The notes under the pieces are model-generated. The model had not been told where the DNA came from and did no database searches. It was given only the letters and a program-made list of their open reading frames with translations. From assembly GCA_902386025.1 (NCBI GenBank), contig CABMHR010000001.1, positions 177,108 through 241,107 on the forward strand: a DNA stretch of 64,000 bases, given 5' to 3'. The DNA comes from an uncultured archaeon. Its GTDB lineage: Archaea > Nanobdellota > Nanobdellia > Pacearchaeales > GW2011-AR1. The translations under genes were made by a program, and so were the position numbers. Below, piece by piece: positions 49,421-58,920 of this stretch; within the stretch, counting starts at the first letter, position 1, and every line of letters begins with the position of its first letter.

Positions 49421-49489
49421 AATTAGTTAATGATAAAACTTTAACGCGGTGTTTAACTGATAGCAACTTCTGTGAAAAAGAGGTGATAA
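49421..49489 (+). repeat. Intergenic motif copy B
   Basis: AATTAGTTAATGATAAAACTTTAACGCG...GAAAAAGAGGTGATAA. Confidence 0.65.
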
Positions 49490-49494
49490 CTTTC

Positions 49495-49737
49495 CTACCT
49501 TTTAGCTTTTCTCCACTTTCTTATTATTATCTTAAATCCAATAAGTTTTGAAGTGTAATTAACTCCAAGTTTTTCCAAAAGTTCATCAGAATATTTTTTT
49601 ATTGTTTCTTTTTCGTGCCCTGCACTTTTCAAAACAGAAATTCTTATGCTTTCCCGTGTTTGAAATGCATTCTTTAATGTCTGGATAAAATTTTCTGTTA
49701 TCCCGTTTTTTCCCAACTGCATTTCTGTAAAAGTCAT
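49495..49737 (-). CDS. YhbY/CRM RNA-binding protein
   Basis: QLGKNGITENFI...IRISVLKS...IG. Confidence 0.85.
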   Translation of the reverse strand: MTFTEMQLGKNGITENFIQTLKNAFQTRESIRISVLKSAGHEKETIKKYSDELLEKLGVNYTSKLIGFKIIIRKWRKAKR

Positions 49738-49750
49738 AAGAAATTAAATT

Positions 49751-50137
49751 TCATTGAGTTTTTATATGTTTATTAACAAGCTCTTCAATTTCTTTTTTCT
49801 TGGCTTTAATTTCCTTGTATTTTCTAACGCCAAACATTCCTGCTTTCATTTTCTTGTCCTTGTAAGTTTCTTTTCCTGAAAAAATATGAACAGCCACATC
49901 ATTCTTGTTGTCTCTCCAGTCTTGGCTTTTTGAAGCGCAGAAAATTGCAGTTTCTTTGATGTCTTTTTTTGCCGGCTTCAAATCTTCAATTATGCAAAAA
50001 GGGCTTCCTGATGCTGAAGTATGCATAATTATATTGCTTTTTCCAAGAAACTGCTTTACCAGCTCGTCGTTGCTTTCTGCATCTTTGCCTGCCAGAACTT
50101 TTTTCCCAGAACTTGTTATAAATTCTCTAAATTTCAT
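49751..50137 (-). CDS. NFACT RNA-binding domain protein (DUF814)
   Basis: GKDAESNDEL, MHT..SGSPF. Confidence 0.8.
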   Translation of the reverse strand: MKFREFITSSGKKVLAGKDAESNDELVKQFLGKSNIIMHTSASGSPFCIIEDLKPAKKDIKETAIFCASKSQDWRDNKNDVAVHIFSGKETYKDKKMKAGMFGVRKYKEIKAKKKEIEELVNKHIKTQ

Positions 50138-50564
50138 ATTTTAACCAATTATTTACTATCTTTAAACATTTCTTCTGGTTTTTCCAAGTAAGTTTTTTCA
50201 TTGCTTCATTAAAATTCATCCATTTGTATCCAGAATGCTCTCTTGAATCAATCTTGACATTTCCTTTTTTTACTCTAACAGCATACAGCGAATATTTCTG
50301 TCCAACAACCCCCTTTCTGTCAGGAAACTTCTTTTTGTATTTATACAATCCTGCAACATTAAATTTTTTTATATTTAAAATTTTCAGCCCAGTTTCTTCT
50401 TTTATTTCTCTTCTGACAGCCATCTTTTTTGTTTCCAAGAATTCAATTCCCCCTTTTGGAAATTCCCATCCAATCCAGTGCTTTTTTCTTTTCAAGATTA
50501 AATATTCAATTTTGTTTTTGTTTCTGGAATAAGTTAATGCAAAAATAGCTTTTCTAAACCTCAT
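50127..50564 (-). CDS. NUDIX hydrolase
   Basis: WEFPKGGIE...AVRREIKEETGL; EH..YKW. Confidence 0.92.
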   Translation of the reverse strand: MRFRKAIFALTYSRNKNKIEYLILKRKKHWIGWEFPKGGIEFLETKKMAVRREIKEETGLKILNIKKFNVAGLYKYKKKFPDRKGVVGQKYSLYAVRVKKGNVKIDSREHSGYKWMNFNEAMKKLTWKNQKKCLKIVNNWLKYEI

Positions 50565-50601
50565 TTATCTAATAAGTTAGAATGGTTTTTATATTTTCAG
50601 A

Positions 50602-51954
50602 TTATTCTATTCTTCCCTTTCCTTCATCAGAATCGTCAACTCTTACTTTTGTTCCTTTTTCAACCATATAAACATTCTTTATGCCTGTGCTTTTATCTAC
50701 AACTATATTTCCAGAAACAAAATTATAATCAGGATGAATCACTTCAACTGAAAGCTCTGACGGGGCAAAAACCTTTAATCTAACCTCGCTGCTGCAGTCA
50801 TTTGCTGTCATTGAACCTGTCAGATAATTGTTTATGCATCCTTCTGCAAAATCTGCAGTTTCTCCTGTAAAATAACGATGAGCAATCTCTCTCTTTTCAG
50901 GAGCATTGCTTGAAAATGTAAATCTTTCCCCGCTTATTGGATAATGTGTTAAATCATCTTTCACTAAAAAGTCAATTGTTTTAATTGAGGAATTTATCTC
51001 TCTGTCAACAAACCCCTTCACAATATTGTATATTGACTGATTGCTTAATTCTGGAACATTAGCATTTAATATTCCGTCATAATCCTTAATTATGTCTTCG
51101 CGGAAATATCCTTTGCAATCTGTTTTCAAACTCATCCTTAATTGTTTTGTGTTTATGCTATTAATCAGTTCATTCATTAATTTTTCAAATGTCTCTGGCT
51201 TTATTCCAGCAACAAGAGGAATCTGCTTCATTCTTTCTATTAATCCTCGTCCTGATTCATTCGCAGGCCTGAAAAAATAATTTGGATTTTTTTCAAATAT
51301 ATCTGAAAGATTAATTTCTCCGTTATTGTCTGTGAGATATAATGAATTGTCAAGAAATACTCTGACTCCTTCACCTACAATCGCTTCTTCAAGAAGATTA
51401 TATTTCACAGAACTTGTCTGCTTTTTAGTTGGAGTAATTTCTGATTTGTATCTTCCTGTAGATACTATTTCTGCTCTCTTTGAACTTCCCCACATTAATC
51501 CATCAATGCCTACTCCTATAAGCAGTCCTGATGAACCGAATACTAAAACTTTAGTAGCTTCATTTCCTTTGCTTCCATCAAAAGCGAAACCAAGAGCAAT
51601 TGTTGCTAATGGAGTTAGAAATGTAAAAAGAGGATTAAATGCATCCTGTTTATTCACATTCTGCGTCTCTTTATAGATAGTTTCATTCCCAAATGTATCA
51701 ACAGAAGAAATAAATTCTCCTGCTTTTTGAGTAACTCTTGACTTATAAACTCCATCTTCAAGAAATGAATTAATACTAAATGCTCTTTCTTTTTCACGGA
51801 CTATTTCTGTATTGATAATTTTAGAACCGCCTGAAGAAGAAACTTCCCATCTGCTTCCTACAACTTTTGATGTTGAACTGCATCCCATTATCATTGCAGG
51901 AATCAAGGCAAGCAAGGGAGTGGTTTTCTTGTTTAATTTTTTTATTAAACTCAT
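50602..51954 (-). CDS. Putative lipoprotein
   Basis: LLALIPAMIMG-C lipobox-like; glycine-rich hydrophobic hairpin. Confidence 0.65.
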   Translation of the reverse strand: MSLIKKLNKKTTPLLALIPAMIMGCSSTSKVVGSRWEVSSSGGSKIINTEIVREKERAFSINSFLEDGVYKSRVTQKAGEFISSVDTFGNETIYKETQNVNKQDAFNPLFTFLTPLATIALGFAFDGSKGNEATKVLVFGSSGLLIGVGIDGLMWGSSKRAEIVSTGRYKSEITPTKKQTSSVKYNLLEEAIVGEGVRVFLDNSLYLTDNNGEINLSDIFEKNPNYFFRPANESGRGLIERMKQIPLVAGIKPETFEKLMNELINSINTKQLRMSLKTDCKGYFREDIIKDYDGILNANVPELSNQSIYNIVKGFVDREINSSIKTIDFLVKDDLTHYPISGERFTFSSNAPEKREIAHRYFTGETADFAEGCINNYLTGSMTANDCSSEVRLKVFAPSELSVEVIHPDYNFVSGNIVVDKSTGIKNVYMVEKGTKVRVDDSDEGKGRIE

Positions 51955-51990
51955 AGAATAATTAGGGATATCAAGTCTTTTTAAAGATTT

Positions 51991-53250
51991 TTATTTTCTC
52001 CAGACTCTTAGGGCTTCTTCAAGTTCAACGTGCGTTTTCGCATATTCTTCAAGAGGAATTTTATTCAGCGAAGCGTCAACTGCCTGCCTCATTGCTCTTG
52101 CTCCTGCTTCTGTTCCAAATGGGTGTCCGTGGATTCCTCCGCCTGCCTGTATAACCAAATCTTTTCCAAGATTTTTAATCAAGAAAGGAACATATCTCGG
52201 ATGCAAACCTCCTGATGAGACGCCCAAAACAGGTTTTATATTTGCCCATTTTTGAGCAAGGCGTTTTTTTGTTTCAGCGACTTTCATTTTTTCAATTTCT
52301 TCCTGAAGTTCTTTTATTGTTTTTATATCTCCTTCAAGTTTTCCTATTCCTGTTCCGATATGAAGAGTATCAACTCCTATTACTCTTGCAAAATCAGCAA
52401 TAACCATCATCGCCATTCCGTGTTCGGGATTTCTGTCGAGGGCAGCGTGCATTGCTCTGTGCGCGTGGATAGCCATTTTGAAATTTGCTTCTCTCAATGT
52501 CTGCACAGCAGCCCAGCCTGCAGTAAGAATATCAATCATCACAAACTTCCCTCCTTGATTCTCAACAAGCTGCGCCCTCTTAATCATTTCCTTTGTTTCT
52601 GCAGTAACATTCACAAAATATCCTTTTCTCTCTCCTGTTTCACTTTCTGCTTTGTCAGCCATCTCCAAAGTTTTTGTCAGGCGGTTCTCAAACATATTAA
52701 ATTTCTGTGATGCGAGATTTTCATCATCCTTTACAATATCGCATCCCCCAATCCAAGATTCGTAGGCACTCTCGCTGTGATGTTCTGTATTCAGCCCAAT
52801 CTTTGGCTTTATTATTGTCCCGACAAGAGGGCGATTGCTTACTCTCATCATTTTTCTTATCCCCCCAATCCCGTATTTCGGCCCCTTAAATCCATTAAGA
52901 ATTGATTTTGGAAATGAAGCATCTTCCAGCCTTATTGTTTTTACTGCTTTCATTCCGAAAATATTTCCTGCAATAGAAGATAATATATTTGGGACATTGT
53001 CTCTTTCAAAAAGCGCTTCAGGATAAGCAATTTTTACATAATTTCCTTTTATGGAAAAAACTTTTGCTCTTAATTTTTCAACATATTCCTGCCCGCTGAC
53101 TTTTGTCCAAGTTCCGACGCTGGATTCCAAGGCAACAGTGTTAGCTGCTTCTGCCATTGACATTTTATTCGGAGAAATCTTGAACAAGCAGACTAAATCA
53201 TTCTTAGGCTTGTATTTCAAATTGACAAAATAAAGTTTTTTTTCTTTCAT
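51991..53250 (-). CDS. rbcL: RuBisCO large subunit, form III-type
   Basis: ESSVGTW, GTIIKPK, GGCDIVKDDEN, HAHRAMH, GKL, SSGG, QAGGG. Confidence 0.93.
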   Translation of the reverse strand: MKEKKLYFVNLKYKPKNDLVCLFKISPNKMSMAEAANTVALESSVGTWTKVSGQEYVEKLRAKVFSIKGNYVKIAYPEALFERDNVPNILSSIAGNIFGMKAVKTIRLEDASFPKSILNGFKGPKYGIGGIRKMMRVSNRPLVGTIIKPKIGLNTEHHSESAYESWIGGCDIVKDDENLASQKFNMFENRLTKTLEMADKAESETGERKGYFVNVTAETKEMIKRAQLVENQGGKFVMIDILTAGWAAVQTLREANFKMAIHAHRAMHAALDRNPEHGMAMMVIADFARVIGVDTLHIGTGIGKLEGDIKTIKELQEEIEKMKVAETKKRLAQKWANIKPVLGVSSGGLHPRYVPFLIKNLGKDLVIQAGGGIHGHPFGTEAGARAMRQAVDASLNKIPLEEYAKTHVELEEALRVWRK

Positions 53251-53291
53251 ATCACCTCTCTATAAATATGTCAAATCGGGTTTTTATATTT

Positions 53292-54620
53292 TTATCCCTT
53301 TTTTATTTTTGTTCCTTCTGCAGTATCATCAATCTGGTATCCGAGCTTTTCAATTCTTCTTCTTATGTTGTCTGCTTCTTCCCAATTCTTTTTCTTTCTC
53401 ATTTCTTCCCTCTCTTTTGCTAATTTTTTAACATCAGAGGGGATATCAATCTTTTCTTCCTTGTTCAAATTAAGCCCGAATACCTTGTCAATTTCTTTTA
53501 TTGTTCCGGCTTTTCCTTTTGCATCTTTGTCTCTAGCCAATTTCCACAGGACAGCAAGGGCTTCAGGGGTATTCAAATCATCGTCCATTGCATCCCTGAA
53601 TTCTTTCAAATATTTTGTATTTATTTCCTCATCATCTTTCAAATCAAGAGTTATATTTTTCAGCCTTTCATATGAATTCTTAGCGTCATTCAGCGCGTTT
53701 TCTGAAAAGTCAATAGGTTTTCTGTATTGCGTTGATATGACAAAATATCTTATCACTTCTCCGCTGTAATTTTTTAGAATGTCTCTTATTGTTTTGAAAT
53801 TTCCAAGGCTCTTGCTCATTTTTACTTTGTTTACATTAACCATTCCGTTATGCACCCAGTAATTCACAAATTTTTTTCCTGCTGCAGCTTCGCTTTGGGC
53901 AATCTCGTCTTCGTGATGCGGGAAAATTAAGTCCTGCCCTCCTCCGTGTATGTCAAGAGGAAGCCCTAAAATTTTTTCAGACATTGCAGAACATTCAATA
54001 TGCCAGCCAGGGCGCCCTTTGCCCCAGGGAGAATACCAAGACGGCTCCCCTTTTTTTGAAAATTTCCACAAGACAAAATCTTCCCTGTTTCTTTTTTCTT
54101 CCTTAAGTGCAACTCTTTTCCCCGCAATTAAATTTTCTGTTTTCTGATGTGATAATTTTCCATAACCCTTGAATTTGGAAACATCATAATAAACTCCGTC
54201 TCCATTTATAATGTAAGTATATCCTTTTTCTTCCAGTCTTTTTATAAGATTAATCATTTCAGGGATATATTCTGTCGCTTTTGGCTGAACATCTGGCTTG
54301 TCTACTCCAATTTTTGCATAATCTTTAAGATGAGCCTTCAAATTTCTTTTTGTCAGTTCTTTTATGTCCTCTTTTAATTCATTTGCCTTGTTTATTATTT
54401 TGTCATCAACATCAGTAATGTTAGAAACAAACTTGACTTCAAATCCGAGAAATTTTAAATATTTTCTTAAAATATCAAACGCTATCTGCTGTCTCGCGTG
54501 TCCGAGATGAGGAACATCATTTACAGTCGGCCCGCAGACATACATCTTAACAATTCCTTTTTTGGACGGCTTGAAGATTTCTTTTTTTCCTGCAAGAGTA
54601 TTATACAATTTTATGGACAT
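53292..54620 (-). CDS. cysS: Cysteine--tRNA ligase
   Basis: [26 protein letters not shown]. Confidence 0.97.
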   Translation of the reverse strand: MSIKLYNTLAGKKEIFKPSKKGIVKMYVCGPTVNDVPHLGHARQQIAFDILRKYLKFLGFEVKFVSNITDVDDKIINKANELKEDIKELTKRNLKAHLKDYAKIGVDKPDVQPKATEYIPEMINLIKRLEEKGYTYIINGDGVYYDVSKFKGYGKLSHQKTENLIAGKRVALKEEKRNREDFVLWKFSKKGEPSWYSPWGKGRPGWHIECSAMSEKILGLPLDIHGGGQDLIFPHHEDEIAQSEAAAGKKFVNYWVHNGMVNVNKVKMSKSLGNFKTIRDILKNYSGEVIRYFVISTQYRKPIDFSENALNDAKNSYERLKNITLDLKDDEEINTKYLKEFRDAMDDDLNTPEALAVLWKLARDKDAKGKAGTIKEIDKVFGLNLNKEEKIDIPSDVKKLAKEREEMRKKKNWEEADNIRRRIEKLGYQIDDTAEGTKIKKG

Positions 54621-54667
54621 TAGACTTGTTGCCTCTTAAACTTTAAAAAACTTTATAAGAATAAAAT

Positions 54668-55270
54668 TTACTTCGCCTTTATTTTTACATCAAAGAAATC
54701 ACTTGCATAAGCAGTTTCTCCTGCCTTGACTTCTATCTTGAATCTTGCAGTGCATAACGGAGAGCCGACAGGAATGTCAAATAAAACTTTTCTGACTATG
54801 CTGTCCCCGCTTGGGATTGACAAACTATCTTCTGCTTTTCCTAATATAATCCAGCTTTCAGCTTCTTCCTTGCTTATTCCGCAGTTTCCAACATCAGATG
54901 CAGATACAGCATAAGAAAAAGTGCTCTGTGCATTTGCTCCTTCCTGCAGATTCTTAATTCCAAAACCAACTCCGTCAGTTGAAGTCTGCGCTATTTCAAC
55001 AAGTCTTGTTCCGGGATATACTGACATCTTGTTGTCTTCTGAAAATAATTTATTTATTTCATTTCTTAACTGCTGGTCTGTCAAATCAACAACACCTGTT
55101 GCAGATTTTGAAATTTTTTGTATTAAGAATATTCCTCCAATCAAAAGAGTAACAAGAAGAACAATTGTGACAATTGTTCCTATTGACATTTCCATTTGCC
55201 CCGAGCGATTTCGCGGTATTAAGGCACGTGTCATGCAAGCGGGGTCGCGAGCTTTATATTTGTTTTTCAT
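54668..55270 (-). CDS. Pilin-like protein, class III signal peptide, with 17-aa insertion
   Basis: MKNKYK[ARDPACMTRALIPRNRS]GQMEMSIGTIVTIVLLV. Confidence 0.8.
   Translation of the reverse strand: MKNKYKARDPACMTRALIPRNRSGQMEMSIGTIVTIVLLVTLLIGGIFLIQKISKSATGVVDLTDQQLRNEINKLFSEDNKMSVYPGTRLVEIAQTSTDGVGFGIKNLQEGANAQSTFSYAVSASDVGNCGISKEEAESWIILGKAEDSLSIPSGDSIVRKVLFDIPVGSPLCTARFKIEVKAGETAYASDFFDVKIKAK
55202..55252 (-). repeat. 51-bp coding-insertion element
   Basis: GCTCGCGACCCCGCTTGCATGACACGTGCCTTAATACCGCGAAATCGCTCG on coding strand. Confidence 0.95.
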
Positions 55271-55271
55271 C

Positions 55272-55565
55272 TTATTCTGCAGGGAATGTATTTATGTTTT
55301 GAAGCCAGCTTTCAATTTTTGGAGCAATGAATATCAGATAAACAATTCCCAAAATAAATCCTATGACGCTTAATATCAATCCTGCTTTTCCTAATTTTGT
55401 CGGCTTGTTTCTCTGCTGAACAAGGCACATAAAGAAACCAGCAACAGCAAGAATCATTCCTAAATATCCTCCGAGAGCCAAGACGCTCAATAATCCGAGT
55501 GTAAATCCTGCTGCACCCATAGAATTTCCTTTAATCTTTGATTCTCTCACCTTTTTTTCTGCCAT
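55272..55565 (-). CDS. Small membrane protein (DUF4190-like)
   Basis: AGFTLGLLS...GKAGLILSVIG. Confidence 0.7.
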   Translation of the reverse strand: MAEKKVRESKIKGNSMGAAGFTLGLLSVLALGGYLGMILAVAGFFMCLVQQRNKPTKLGKAGLILSVIGFILGIVYLIFIAPKIESWLQNINTFPAE

Positions 55566-55782
55566 ATTTAATTATTGTCTTTTACTTTTATAAATGTTAT
55601 TAATATCAGCCCTGAGCAGTAATTCAAGGGGAAAGTCAAGCGAACAAAACCGCGTAGGTGTTGTCGCATTGGGACCACTGTACTCGAATCCCCACTCGTT
55701 GCATTAATTCTTCTTACCTGCACTCGTGAAAATCCTCGGAGTCGAACAGTTCGACAATCAATAAATATAATCTACGATTATA

Positions 55783-55854
55783 TGGGACCACTGGGAGTCG
55801 AACCCAGGACACCTACGTCTTCAGCGTAGTGCTCTCCCGCTGAGCTATGGTCCC
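55783..55854 (-). tRNA. tRNA-Phe(GAA)
   Basis: GGGACCA/TGGTCCC acceptor, CTACG-CTGAAGA-CGTAG anticodon arm, GGTTCGACT T-arm. Confidence 0.95.
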
Positions 55855-55916
55855 GCCGATTATAAAATAATAAAATGATAACTTTTAAAGTTTGGCTTTT
55901 ATGTTCTTGTTAAGGA

Positions 55917-56342
55917 TTAAAGAGACTTCATATTAGAAATAATCTTTCTCATTTCCGGAATTCTTTTTACAATGAAATATGCAGCCCCTTCTTGTGCAGG
56001 TGTTGGAATATTCATTCCGCTTTTTTCTTTGTTTCTCCATATCCCAAAATAAGTTCCTTCCAATCCTTCTTCTTTGTTTATTTTCTTCACCTCAAAATAA
56101 TCTAGAATCCAGCCGTCTCTTAAATCAAATTTTAAAATTGTTTCTTTTTTTGAGAATATTACTCTTCCTTCTAATTGGCTTGCTTTGTGATTTAATGGAG
56201 GTTCTTTGCAGAGATATCCTTTGATTTGAAGATTTCCTTCATCATCATTTTCTCTTGGTTCCATAATTCCTGCTTGAGGTATTTCTTCTCTCCCAGCAAG
56301 ATAAGTTCCCTGTATGCAATAATCTTCCATGTTTTTATTCAC
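55917..56342 (-). CDS. Hypothetical protein
   Basis: 141-aa ORF between tRNA-Phe and rnpB. Confidence 0.55.
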   Translation of the reverse strand: MNKNMEDYCIQGTYLAGREEIPQAGIMEPRENDDEGNLQIKGYLCKEPPLNHKASQLEGRVIFSKKETILKFDLRDGWILDYFEVKKINKEEGLEGTYFGIWRNKEKSGMNIPTPAQEGAAYFIVKRIPEMRKIISNMKSL

Positions 56343-56387
56343 TAAGGGCTACTTTTTAAGAATTTATGTCATAAAATAATATGAAAT

Positions 56388-56722
56388 GTAAGTTGGGTAT
56401 AAGCCACTTTTTGTCGTTCGTCGTTAAATTAATAGCAAACCAAACGTGTTAACATTCAACTATGCGGTTTCAAACCTTGCACCAGTCAAGTTGCTCGTTT
56501 CATCAAATCTCATCCTTCAAAGTTCCAACCAAGTTTTCATAACTCGGGATGAGCTGTGCCGTTTCTGTAACAGAGCTTTGCTTCACAGCAATCCATTTTC
56601 ACGGATGACTTTGTCGCAGACAAAATTGCCTGCGGGTGGGCGGACTTTCCTCAGAATTAGCGATTATATTTTATCACTTGTCTGTTTGGAGACTAAATCC
56701 CGAAGTTAACTGCCCAACTTAC
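56388..56722 (-). ncRNA. rnpB: RNase P RNA
   Basis: Minus strand: P1 GTAAGTTGGG/CCCAACTTAC, GAGGAAAGTCC (CR-I), ACAGAAAC, ACAAAAAGTGGCTTAT (CR-V). Confidence 0.9.
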
Positions 56723-56772
56723 AAAAAACTCATGAAAGAAGAGTTTTTAAATTTTGTCTTCTATATTTCCTT

Positions 56773-57273
56773 ATGAAAAAGAGAGGGAAAAAGAAGCTGA
56801 ACAAAAAAGTAAACTGGAAGATTTTAATCACAAGTTTTATTGTGGTTTATGCTGCTGCATTTATTGGGAGCATATTCACTTCTCAAGGTGTAAATTCTGA
56901 CTGGTATCAATCAGTAAAACCAGTAATAACTCCCCCAAACTGGGTTTTCCCTGTTGTCTGGAATATTTTATTTTTCCTTATTTTTGTTTCACTTTATGCT
57001 TCATTGGTGAGCGCAAGAAAGAAAATTCTCAAATTAAGGATAGGGGTAATTTTCGGAATTAATTTCATACTGAACATTTTATGGAGCGTTCTTTACTTTG
57101 GGCTAAAAAACCCCCTGCTTGCTTATTTTGATTTGCTTCTGCTTATGATTTCAATCCTTTCTATGATTTTCATAATCTGGAAAATAAACAGAAAAGCATC
57201 TTGGCTTTTAGTCCCTTATTTTCTATGGGTTGGTTTTGCAGGAATACTGAATTATCTTAGCGCATTTAGATAA
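56773..57273 (+). CDS. TspO/MBR family protein
   Basis: WYQSVKP.ITPPNWVFPVVW, LNILWS, LLVPYFLWVGFA. Confidence 0.93.
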   Translation: MKKRGKKKLNKKVNWKILITSFIVVYAAAFIGSIFTSQGVNSDWYQSVKPVITPPNWVFPVVWNILFFLIFVSLYASLVSARKKILKLRIGVIFGINFILNILWSVLYFGLKNPLLAYFDLLLLMISILSMIFIIWKINRKASWLLVPYFLWVGFAGILNYLSAFR

Positions 57274-57287
57274 GAATAAAGAGGTTG

Positions 57288-57316
57288 TGAAGATAAGGGC
57301 AGAGCCCTTATCTTCA
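57288..57316. terminator. Perfect 13-bp inverted repeat after tspO
   Basis: TGAAGATAAGGGC-AGA-GCCCTTATCTTCA; function inferred from position. Confidence 0.5.
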
Positions 57317-57492
57317 AGGGGTTGATGAGGTTAAATTTTTGAATATTTTAACTTCTTTTTACACTTATTTTAATAAAAAGTTCTTTATAAGCAGTGGGAA
57401 ATAAAAATCCATAAATAAAATATGTAGGATAACTACATATCGGAAAAATCAAAAACATAAAACTTTAAATAAGGAAAATAGGTTCAATTTTT

Positions 57493-58179
57493 ATGAGTTT
57501 GACTTCACTAATAATAGATAACAGGTGGGTGCTTGAAGTTCTTTACGCATTTGTTATAAGTGCAATCTGCATGGCTATTGTCTTCAAAACTGACAAGCTT
57601 TACAAAATAAGCCTCCATAAAGGAATAAGATATTTTAGAAATGTATTCTTCTTTTACGGAATTGCATTTATTGCGAGATATATATTCGGCGTTCTTTCTG
57701 ATTCAGCTTTTGAATATGTCCTGTTTGCAAAAGTAGCATTTGAATATTTTATTGTGATGGCAGGATTTTTCCTTCTTTACAGCCTGATATGGAGAAAATT
57801 TGAGTCGCAAAAAACCCATTACTTCACTTCTCTTTTCAATTCCAAGGTTGCAATATTTCACTTAATGGCTTTGATAATTGCAGTTCTTGATGTCTTGTGG
57901 GGGGCTTATGATTTCATGTTCTATTCCCAGATAATTGTTTTTGTCTTTGCATCAATAATTTCCTATAATAATTACATAAAAAACGGAAAAGAGCGAAAGT
58001 TCCTTAAGTTTTCATTCTTGGCGATGATTCTTGGATTATCTGCTTGGATTCTTAATCTTGTAACAGAGATGTATCTTAGCTGGAGCCACAAGGCATTATT
58101 CGGAATTGGATTGATTAACATAGCATTTTTCTTTTTATTCTTGTATGGGGTTATAAAAATTACAAACAGCACAAAATGA
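57493..58179 (+). CDS. Polytopic (about 7 TM) membrane protein
   Basis: Hydrophobic segments; ATGA overlap with the wHTH gene. Confidence 0.7.
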   Translation: MSLTSLIIDNRWVLEVLYAFVISAICMAIVFKTDKLYKISLHKGIRYFRNVFFFYGIAFIARYIFGVLSDSAFEYVLFAKVAFEYFIVMAGFFLLYSLIWRKFESQKTHYFTSLFNSKVAIFHLMALIIAVLDVLWGAYDFMFYSQIIVFVFASIISYNNYIKNGKERKFLKFSFLAMILGLSAWILNLVTEMYLSWSHKALFGIGLINIAFFFLFLYGVIKITNSTK

Positions 58180-58451
58180 CAACAAAGAAACGTGAAAGAC
58201 TGGATGTTATAAGAGACATAATCAGCACAATAAAGGAAAACAGGCAGATAAAGCCAACAAGACTGCTTTATGCTTCAAACTTATCTCCTCAAATGTTCAA
58301 GGAATACATAAATGAACTTATAGAAAAGAAATTCATAAAGCTGGATGTTGACGGAAAAGACAAGAAATCATTTTCTCTGACAAAAAAAGGAAGCGATTTT
58401 CTTCAGGAATATAAAGTTATTGAAAGCTTCATTGAAAACTTTGGATTATAA
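58176..58451 (+). CDS. Winged-HTH regulator
   Basis: KRERLDVIRDI, TRLLYASNLS, LTKKG. Confidence 0.85.
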   Translation: MTTKKRERLDVIRDIISTIKENRQIKPTRLLYASNLSPQMFKEYINELIEKKFIKLDVDGKDKKSFSLTKKGSDFLQEYKVIESFIENFGL

Positions 58452-58572
58452 CTCATTTTCTGTTATACAAACCTTTAAAAATGTGGGTTATTACGCTTTA
58501 TTATGAATTTAAATGAAGCAGTAGAGTCCATAAGATTTCTATTCATAAAATTGTAAGGAGGATATAAGCAAG

Positions 58573-58920
58573 ATGAAGTTACACGTAGGAAATTTACCTT
58601 TTAGCGTTGATGATGAAGAGTTGAAAAGCCTTTTCGCAGAATACAATGCTGAAGAAGTTACTCTTATCAAAGACAAGTTTTCAGGAAGATCAAAAGGTTT
58701 CGGATTCGTAACAATTTCCAATGATGAAGTTGCCCAAAAGGCAATTGCAGATTTGAATGGAAAAGATGTACAGGGACGAGAGCTTAAGGTTTCTGAAGCA
58801 AGGCCAATGGAAGAGCGCCCAGAAAGACCAAGAAGAAGTTTTGACAACAACAGAGGCGGTGGAAGAGGCTTCGGCGGTGGTTCTAGAGACGGCGGGTTTG
58901 GCGGAAGAAGAAGATTTTAA
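58573..58920 (+). CDS. RRM RNA-binding protein with RGG tail
   Basis: RNP2 LHVGNL, RNP1 KGFGFV, Gly/Arg/Phe-rich tail. Confidence 0.93.
   Translation: MKLHVGNLPFSVDDEELKSLFAEYNAEEVTLIKDKFSGRSKGFGFVTISNDEVAQKAIADLNGKDVQGRELKVSEARPMEERPERPRRSFDNNRGGGRGFGGGSRDGGFGGRRRF

Noticed and set aside
56446..56709. 87-aa ORF
   Set aside because: Antisense to RNase P RNA.
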